Shown: piece by piece, positions 47,601 through 54,260 of the stretch
Layout: each line of letters begins with the position of its first letter
Numbering within the stretch: position 1 is the first letter of the stretch
IMG/VR virus record: IMGVR_UViG_3300047300_001096
Location: 1 to 54,260 of that record
Source: a virus
Taxonomy: Duplodnaviria > Caudoviricetes
Length of the DNA: 54,260 nucleotides
Direction: 5' to 3' (one strand)
Made by a program: the position numbers and the translations under genes
The notes under the pieces: generated by a model
Told to the model about the DNA's origin: nothing
The model's input: the letters and a program-made list of their open reading frames with translations, nothing else
Database searches by the model: none

Positions 47601-48020
47601 ATGACTACTCTCTCTTTAAAAACACTGTTAGTTCCCTCTAAATCAGTTCAGGTTGAATATCCTGGGATGCCTGGTTTTGTAGTTGATTTGGCATTTTTAT
47701 CTCGCGAAACCCTTTTATCGATTCGTAAGAAATCTACTAAAACCAGCTTTAAAAATCGCCAAGCATCTGAAGAGTTCAACGAAGATTTATTCTTACAACT
47801 TTATGTTGAGGCCGCTGTAAAAGGTTGGACAGGATTAAAGTTGGCTTATCTTGAGCAATTAGCTCCGGTAGACTTAACTGGTAAAGATATGGAAGCAGAG
47901 CTCGGCTATACTGCTGAAAACGCATTGTACTTGATGAAAAACTCCAGTAACTTTGATGCTTTTATCAGCGAACAAGTATCTGACTTGGGAAACTTTTCGA
48001 CGACCAACTCCAGCAAGTAA
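47601..48020 (+). CDS. Tail assembly chaperone (gpG-like)
   Basis: Between the tube and tape measure genes; ends with a slippery site. Confidence 0.85.
   Translation: MTTLSLKTLLVPSKSVQVEYPGMPGFVVDLAFLSRETLLSIRKKSTKTSFKNRQASEEFNEDLFLQLYVEAAVKGWTGLKLAYLEQLAPVDLTGKDMEAELGYTAENALYLMKNSSNFDAFISEQVSDLGNFSTTNSSK
47987..47993 (+). other. -1 programmed frameshift site G GGA AAC
   Basis: The -1 frame is open (GKLFDDQLQQVNAQLVNYF) into the 48029-48379 ORF. Confidence 0.85.
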
Positions 48021-48028
48021 ACGCACAG

Positions 48029-48379
48029 TTGGTCAACTACTTTCAAAATATGAGTGTTGGCATGACCAAAGATCAGTATTTTGAAATGTGCGAAGCACTA
48101 GGCAACGAACCACTTGAATCCGAGATTCCAGTAGATTTCGATGACTTTCCGCTAGAAGTACAGCAGGCGTTTAACGCCTATAAAATGCTCCGTGATGAAT
48201 GGGATACCATGAGTGGTGTCTATCTGGGTAAATCCTTAATAGGTATCAAAGACATTTTAGAAGCAACAGAGATTGATACATCTGAACATAAACTTATTGT
48301 TATGCTTATACGCATAATTGATAATGTCAGATCAGAGGAAATCAATAATAAGAAAAAGATGCAAGAGCCCGCTAGTTAA
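48029..48379 (+). CDS. Tail chaperone frameshift extension (gpT-like)
   Basis: In the -1 frame of the upstream chaperone; TTG start only. Confidence 0.8.
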   Translation: MVNYFQNMSVGMTKDQYFEMCEALGNEPLESEIPVDFDDFPLEVQQAFNAYKMLRDEWDTMSGVYLGKSLIGIKDILEATEIDTSEHKLIVMLIRIIDNVRSEEINNKKKMQEPAS

Positions 48380-48445
48380 AAATTAGCGGGCTTTTTTGCG
48401 TTAAAAATTTTTTGGTTTGACAAGAGCGTGGTCATATGCTATAAT
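48366..48445 (+). promoter_or_regulatory. Terminator (48366-48397) followed by a promoter (48417-48445) for the tape measure operon
   Basis: GCCCGCTA/TAGCGGGC-T6; TTGACA-17-TATAAT. Confidence 0.75.
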
Positions 48446-48498
48446 GGTCTCTAGTTAAATTATCAAAAAATTTTGGTAATATCCGAACAGGAGTATGC

Positions 48499-51400
48499 AT
48501 GGCTACTAATGATACAGTTGTATTATATTTTAAACTATCCGATCTTGGCGAAACGATTAATTCTAGTCATAAGAATTTAAAAGCCTTCAAAGGAACTTTT
48601 GATGCCCTTCAGCGGGACATGAATAAGCCTACAGGCAAGGGTAAAGGCGGTTGGAAAAACGCAATGATGGGTGGCGACGCGTATGATGTTGCCAGGGGTA
48701 GTGCCGGGGCTACGGGTGCATCTGGTCGCGACTTTGCCAACCAAGCTCGAGGCCTTGACGGTTTAGTACGGTTATACGCTACTTATGCTGCTAATTTATT
48801 CGCAGCTGGTGCTGCTTTTCGTGCATTAAGTAATGCAGCAGATACTACTAACATGATCAAAGGTATGGATCAGTTGGGTGCTGTAAGTGGTCAGGCATTG
48901 GGTACTGTTGCTAAAAAGTTAGTAGACGCTACTGACGGGGCTATTTCGTTTCGTGAAGCTATTGAAGCCACTACCAAAGGCAGTGCAGCAGGATTATCGT
49001 CTAAACAAATGTTACAGTTAGGCGAAGTGGCTAATAAAGCAAGTAAAGCATTAGGTGTTGCTATGCCAGATGCTATTAGTCGATTAACTCGTGGTATTAG
49101 CAAGCTAGAGCCTGAACTTTTAGATGAATTGGGGTTATTTACTAAAATTGATCCTGCAGTTCAAGCATATGCACGAAGTATAGGAAAAACAGCAGGTAGT
49201 TTAAGTGATTTTGAAAAACGTCAAGCCTTTGCAATAGCTGTATTAAAAGAAGGTTTAGATAAGTTCAGTGCTATTGACATAGGTGCAAATCCTTATGATA
49301 AATTATTAGCCAGTCTTCAGAACTTAGGCCAAGGTGCACTAGAAGTTGTAAATAAAATATTAACACCACTGGTTAATGTACTATCGCAAAATCCCACAGC
49401 GCTATTAGCTGTTATTGGGGCAATCGGTGCATCAATAGTTAAAAGCGCGATTCCAGCACTAGGACATTATCGTGAAAATTTAAAAAATGCGGCAAACGAT
49501 AGTCGAATGGTGTTTACTAAAATATACGCAGACCAACAAGAAAAAATTGGTTTGCTAGCTGATAGTGCAGGTGCCGCAGCGGCAGAAGCATATAAAAAAG
49601 GTGCACCTACATTAGCTAAAATTGCAGAACTAGAGAAGTCTGCACAAGGCTTTTCCAAAGGCCGTAAAGATTTTGCAGCACTAGCAGGAAAAGATCCTTT
49701 TGCTATTACGCCCGAAGAAATTAAGTCTTTGGAAAATCGTGCAAAATATTTAAAAGGCAGAAACGATGCCGAAGCACAGGCTCTTGTACTACATCTTCAA
49801 AAGATGAAAGCAATACGTGCAGGTGCAGCCGCGGCATTTGAAACAGCTTCTACAGGAGTTATTGCGAGCACTGAGCCGGGATATACTACTCCAGGCTCTA
49901 ATGATATTATAAATAAACGCACACTAAATAAATTAGCTGGCGAAAGTATTAGATCTACTGTTGCGGAAACACAAGCCATTTATGGATCTAGAGCAGCATA
50001 TAAGAAGTTAAATGAAGAAATTGCAAGTGCTCGTGAAGGTACATATAAAACTACTACTCGTTTAGACGAAAACGGTAAGGCAGTAATAGAGACTACTGGT
50101 AAGATGAGCCGGCTTACAGCTGGCTATACTCGCGTAGCAGGTGTAATCGGCATTATTGGACAAAAATTAGGTTCTCTTATAAACGCTTTTGGTATATGGG
50201 GTATGGCTGTCGGTATAGCCGTTGAAATTATAGGATTACTTGACTCAAAATTATCAAAAACAGGTAAAGAAGCAGAGGCTTTTACAAAGTCACTGGATGG
50301 AATCAAAGATTCTAGTCAAAACTTAGTTAGAGTTTTTGAGGTACTTGATAAAACACCTTTTGCATCCGGTACTATCCAAGGGATTTTAGCATTATCAAAT
50401 GCACAATTAGAAGTTTCTAATTCAGTTGATACTGCAATTACTTCAGCACAAAAACTGCAGCGTGCAATGAAGACCAGCCCTTATGACCAAATTAAAGATG
50501 ATATTGCAAAATTCTTTGGTGGCGGTGTAAGTAAAAATTTAGCCAAAAGTTTGACACAAACAGTTCAAGATTCTTTGCAAGCATTTGGCGAAGCAGGACG
50601 AACAGACGAAGCAGAAGTAATTTTAAAGAAAGCACTAGGCGTTGAGAACTTAGATATTACAAGTGTAACAAATGCTTTTGAAAAGGGTGATGAAGTATTA
50701 AATAGATATAACGATGCTCAGAAAAAATTAGCCTCTATACTAGGAAATTCTAGTAGTAATCTACAAGGTTTTAAATCTGCTACTGAAAACAGTAATAAAG
50801 CTTATCAAGAGTTTATTCAATCTACTGCAAGTAATAATCCTTTATTTAAATTAGGTCAATCGCTTAATGAAGTAAGTAATGCTATGTTAAAAGTTACAAG
50901 TGGTGGTATTAATGAGATTAATGCTGCATTTGATGACTTAACTAAAAATCCTGAAAAGTTTCAGTTATTTGGAAAAGAGTTTGTAAATCAGTTCGTAGAA
51001 ATGCGTGACCAGTTTAAAACTACTTTTGAAGCATACAATACTTATAAAAATTCTATTAATCAGTTAGATCGTGAAGATATAAAAACTAAAAAAGAACTGG
51101 AATCCGTACAATTAGCCTTAAAAGTTAATCCATTAAGTGACCGAGATAATAAACGTGCAAAAGAGCTGCAAGCTCAATTAGAAACAAATAAAGAATCTCG
51201 TAATTTAGCCAGCCGTAAGCAAACTGGTTTAGATACTGCTATATTCAAACAAGCTTCTGAATTATTTAATCAAGGAGCTAACAAAGCCTATGAGAAAAGC
51301 AAAGAACTTATTGATGTAGCTTTAGGCCAAGCAGGTCGTAAAGCAGCACTTGTTATTGACCAAGCAAAGGCTGGTGGATTAACTGGTGCAGCGGCAGCAA

Positions 51401-53193
51401 CAGAGCAAGGAAGATTAAAACAAGAAGAAATTAGTATTCAAATGAAAGCTGTTGATACTAATATTGATTTGATCAAAGCCAATACTGAACTGCGCGCAAC
51501 TATTGAAGAATCCAATGCTATAGCTGCATTAGCTAATGCAGCACCAGGAGCAGATAGAACTGCACTAGAAGCTGACAAAGCCGCAGCTATGAAGTTCAGA
51601 GAACTTTTAGAGAAAGCAGGAAAAGGCACTATAGACTTTATGTCTACAGGAAATGAAAATGCCGATTCTCGCTTAAAGTTAAAAATATCTAATTATAATG
51701 CTTCACTACAAGCCCAACAAGCCACTAAAAAGGAACTTGGCGGCAGAAGTAGGGCAGCAGATATTGAAACTGAACGTGGAGTGCGTGGCGGCAGATTAGA
51801 GTATCTGCGACAAGTAGAGTCTGCACAAGAAGCAATCAATCAACTACAGATAACTAGTTTAAATAACCAGCAAAATATTACTAATGCGGGCACAGAAACT
51901 GGATTAGCACGTATCAAAGAATTAGAAGACTTAGCATTAGTTAATAAACAAGAGGCCGAAAGAGCTAATATTCAAAATGCAATGATTAATGCTACTAAAG
52001 CTACTAATGCAGAAGAATATGCACATCAATTAAGACTTTTAGGTTTGTTAAATCAACGTACAACTCTTGAAAAAGCTGCTAAAGATGAAGCTGATCGTCT
52101 TAAGACAATTGATTTACGTATTGCCAAAGAAAAATTGGCTCGAGATACAAAAGCACAAGCGGATGATAATGCATTAAAGATGACTGCTGCACAATTAGGT
52201 GCTGAACAAGAGCTGTACAATGTACAATTATCTTTAGGTATGATTACTGGTCAAGAAGCTGAGAATAAACGTAAGTATCTCGAATCTTCTAAGCTGTCTA
52301 ATGATATTGCTCAGTCCGAGCTTTCACTTGCTAGATCCAGGGCAGATGTTCTTGCAGAAATAGACGCTCGACTATCAAAACTCGATAAAAATGATCCTGA
52401 GTATCTGAAAAGAAAGCAGCAGCTTGATGATGAAAGAAAAGCACAAGAAGCCAACTTTACTTCACAAAAAGCAGCGTTAGATATAACCAATCAAGGTCGT
52501 AAAACAGCTTTAGATTTAACACAGTCTCTAAGTGATCGTCAACTCGCATATGGCGAAGTATTTAAAAATAGCTTTGCTGATATGGGTAATGCTCTTATTG
52601 AATTTACAAAAACTGGTAAACTAAACTTTAAGAGTTTAATTGACAGTATGATTGAAGGTTTAATTCGGTATGAAATGGCGGAACAGTCTAAATTACTATA
52701 TTCTGCGTTTAGACCAGCTTTAATGAGTGGAATTAATAGCTTATTTGGAGGCGGCATAACTACTACTCCTGGTCGCGGTATAGGAAATGCAGAAGCACAA
52801 GGTGGTGTTTATGATGCAGGCCTAAGAACTTTTGCTAAAGGCGGAATGTTTACTAATTCAATTGTAGCTTCCCCAACTTTATTTAAGTTTGCACAAGGTA
52901 CTGGATTAATGGGCGAAGCGGGTCCTGAGGCTATTATGCCCCTAAAGCGCGATAGCAACGGTAATCTTGGAGTTCGTGCAGGTGGAACCGGCGGTGGAAA
53001 AGTAGATGTAGTTGTGAACAACTTTGGCAGTGAGCGTGCTACTACCAAGGAAACCACTGATAGTCGCGGTAATCGCAGAATTGAAGTAGTAATTGGCGAT
53101 ATGGTTGCAAGCGAAGTTTCCAGACCAGGAAGTTCAGTTCAACAATCGTTAGCAAATGGCTTTAATAATAGGCCTGCGTTAGCAAGGAGATAA
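48499..53193 (+). CDS. Tail tape measure protein
   Basis: 1564-aa Ala-rich helical ORF; pb2-like GLVRLYATYAAN and ELLDELG; C-terminal FAKGG..GEAGPEAIMPL. Confidence 0.93.
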   Translation: MATNDTVVLYFKLSDLGETINSSHKNLKAFKGTFDALQRDMNKPTGKGKGGWKNAMMGGDAYDVARGSAGATGASGRDFANQARGLDGLVRLYATYAANLFAAGAAFRALSNAADTTNMIKGMDQLGAVSGQALGTVAKKLVDATDGAISFREAIEATTKGSAAGLSSKQMLQLGEVANKASKALGVAMPDAISRLTRGISKLEPELLDELGLFTKIDPAVQAYARSIGKTAGSLSDFEKRQAFAIAVLKEGLDKFSAIDIGANPYDKLLASLQNLGQGALEVVNKILTPLVNVLSQNPTALLAVIGAIGASIVKSAIPALGHYRENLKNAANDSRMVFTKIYADQQEKIGLLADSAGAAAAEAYKKGAPTLAKIAELEKSAQGFSKGRKDFAALAGKDPFAITPEEIKSLENRAKYLKGRNDAEAQALVLHLQKMKAIRAGAAAAFETASTGVIASTEPGYTTPGSNDIINKRTLNKLAGESIRSTVAETQAIYGSRAAYKKLNEEIASAREGTYKTTTRLDENGKAVIETTGKMSRLTAGYTRVAGVIGIIGQKLGSLINAFGIWGMAVGIAVEIIGLLDSKLSKTGKEAEAFTKSLDGIKDSSQNLVRVFEVLDKTPFASGTIQGILALSNAQLEVSNSVDTAITSAQKLQRAMKTSPYDQIKDDIAKFFGGGVSKNLAKSLTQTVQDSLQAFGEAGRTDEAEVILKKALGVENLDITSVTNAFEKGDEVLNRYNDAQKKLASILGNSSSNLQGFKSATENSNKAYQEFIQSTASNNPLFKLGQSLNEVSNAMLKVTSGGINEINAAFDDLTKNPEKFQLFGKEFVNQFVEMRDQFKTTFEAYNTYKNSINQLDREDIKTKKELESVQLALKVNPLSDRDNKRAKELQAQLETNKESRNLASRKQTGLDTAIFKQASELFNQGANKAYEKSKELIDVALGQAGRKAALVIDQAKAGGLTGAAAATEQGRLKQEEISIQMKAVDTNIDLIKANTELRATIEESNAIAALANAAPGADRTALEADKAAAMKFRELLEKAGKGTIDFMSTGNENADSRLKLKISNYNASLQAQQATKKELGGRSRAADIETERGVRGGRLEYLRQVESAQEAINQLQITSLNNQQNITNAGTETGLARIKELEDLALVNKQEAERANIQNAMINATKATNAEEYAHQLRLLGLLNQRTTLEKAAKDEADRLKTIDLRIAKEKLARDTKAQADDNALKMTAAQLGAEQELYNVQLSLGMITGQEAENKRKYLESSKLSNDIAQSELSLARSRADVLAEIDARLSKLDKNDPEYLKRKQQLDDERKAQEANFTSQKAALDITNQGRKTALDLTQSLSDRQLAYGEVFKNSFADMGNALIEFTKTGKLNFKSLIDSMIEGLIRYEMAEQSKLLYSAFRPALMSGINSLFGGGITTTPGRGIGNAEAQGGVYDAGLRTFAKGGMFTNSIVASPTLFKFAQGTGLMGEAGPEAIMPLKRDSNGNLGVRAGGTGGGKVDVVVNNFGSERATTKETTDSRGNRRIEVVIGDMVASEVSRPGSSVQQSLANGFNNRPALARR

Positions 53194-53195
53194 GT

Positions 53196-53561
53196 ATGAC
53201 AATTCCAGCATGGTCAAGCCAGCAACTACCACAGGTACCGCAAAAAGGGTTTACAGAGTCCATTGGGTTGAACGTTTTACGTTCTCCCATGGACGCTGGT
53301 CCTGCTAAAATGCGTCGCAGGGCCGCAGGTGTTAATACAATGGACTTGTCCTTTATTATGACCACACAGCAAACTCAAACACTAGAAAACTTTATAAATA
53401 ACACACTATTTGGAACTAAGCGATTTAGTTTTCCACATCCCAGAACAAACACAACTGTAGAAGTACGTATTGTACCAAGCGGTGACGGAGAATTTTTCAA
53501 ATTACAATATTTAGCCCCAGGATATTGGAGCACTTCTTTAAAATTTGAGATCTTACCATAA
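53196..53561 (+). CDS. Distal tail protein-like
   Basis: RSPMDAGPAKMRRR...G.KRF.FPHP; follows the tape measure gene. Confidence 0.7.
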   Translation: MTIPAWSSQQLPQVPQKGFTESIGLNVLRSPMDAGPAKMRRRAAGVNTMDLSFIMTTQQTQTLENFINNTLFGTKRFSFPHPRTNTTVEVRIVPSGDGEFFKLQYLAPGYWSTSLKFEILP

Positions 53562-54106
53562 TGAGCAGACTAAGTCGATTATCTCCACAAGCTATTAAAG
53601 CAATGTTTTCGTCTGAAACAGACGAACAGCTTATTATGCTTTTAACAATATATGATCCAAACGGATCTACGGATCCAGCAGCCACAACTACTCCAATTAG
53701 ATTAAGTGATAACTATACACAAAGACTATCTTCAGTTACTACTGATGATGAGGTTGTATATGGTGTTGTAAGTCGTTCTAATGAACACGTGTTCATTCCA
53801 ATGAGCTTTAACTTGCCAAACGAACAAGAAACAGGTTTGGGTGATTGTTCAATTACCCTAAACTTTGTTACTCCAGAAACAATTACTGTTATTCGTAGCC
53901 ATTTACGTATGCGAACTAAAGTTTTAATAGAACTAGTAGTTTCAAGTAATCTTGATCATGTAGAAGCAGTATTACAAGATTATTATATCACAACGGCAAC
54001 TTATAATGCCGAAAGCGTTACTCTAAACCTAAGCATGGTAAGTTACAATACAGAACCATTTCCTAGCTTTAGCTTTACCCCTAGTTACTTTCCAGGATTA
54101 TTCTAA
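53561..54106 (+). CDS. DUF1833-like tail tip protein
   Basis: LLTI..P...IRL...F...LP...EPFP...FTP..FPGLF. Confidence 0.75.
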   Translation: MSRLSRLSPQAIKAMFSSETDEQLIMLLTIYDPNGSTDPAATTTPIRLSDNYTQRLSSVTTDDEVVYGVVSRSNEHVFIPMSFNLPNEQETGLGDCSITLNFVTPETITVIRSHLRMRTKVLIELVVSSNLDHVEAVLQDYYITTATYNAESVTLNLSMVSYNTEPFPSFSFTPSYFPGLF

Positions 54107-54260
54107 TGAATTATGATAAGTATATTGGACTACCCTATCTAGACAATGGCAGAACCACAGCTGGCGTAGACTGCTGGGGATTAGCTCGTCTATTTTACAA
54201 AGACGAATATGGGATAGACTTGCCCAGTTATACTGAAGAATACATTGGTGGAACTGATCC
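54106..54260 (+). CDS. NlpC/P60 tail tip protein (partial)
   Basis: [11 protein letters not shown]...GR...GVDCWGL..LFY...GIDLP. Confidence 0.85.
   Translation, partial: MNYDKYIGLPYLDNGRTTAGVDCWGLARLFYKDEYGIDLPSYTEEYIGGTD

Noticed and set aside
47987-47993. Chaperone frameshift as a novelty
   Set aside because: Standard in long-tailed phages; listed as a feature only
41621-53685. Many antisense ORFs within structural genes (likewise within the replication genes)
   Set aside because: Shadow frames of strong genes with no RBS or motifs

Overview
A 54-kb segment of a T5-like (Demerecviridae-related) lytic siphophage. From left to right it holds: (1) the T5-type replication block on the minus strand (pol, primase, helicase, D5, split NAD ligase, PC4-like, D2, D3); (2) an accessory region with rubrerythrin/rubredoxin, a DUF4214 S-layer-like protein, ClpP, seven tRNA or tRNA-like genes and several stem-closed intergenic ncRNA candidates; (3) an AT-rich radical SAM/2OG-Fe(II) island, uvsE, DUF5664, SleB, ThyX and MazG; (4) a probable pre-early/first-step-transfer region (~28-36.8 kb) with dmp, four A2-like paralogs, duplicated PQ-loop proteins and many repeated promoter modules; (5) packaging, head and tail genes, with a class II aldolase and Dps inserted, a protease-capsid fusion and a -1 chaperone frameshift. 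The standout signal is at 27.8-30.5 kb: an ORF-free ~850-nt minus-strand unit with its own promoter and terminator, long-range stems and a canonical hammerhead ribozyme core. It overlaps a cluster of the 13-mer TGACCCTAAACTG in mostly alternating orientation. All calls come from reading the sequence and recalled family motifs; no searches were run.
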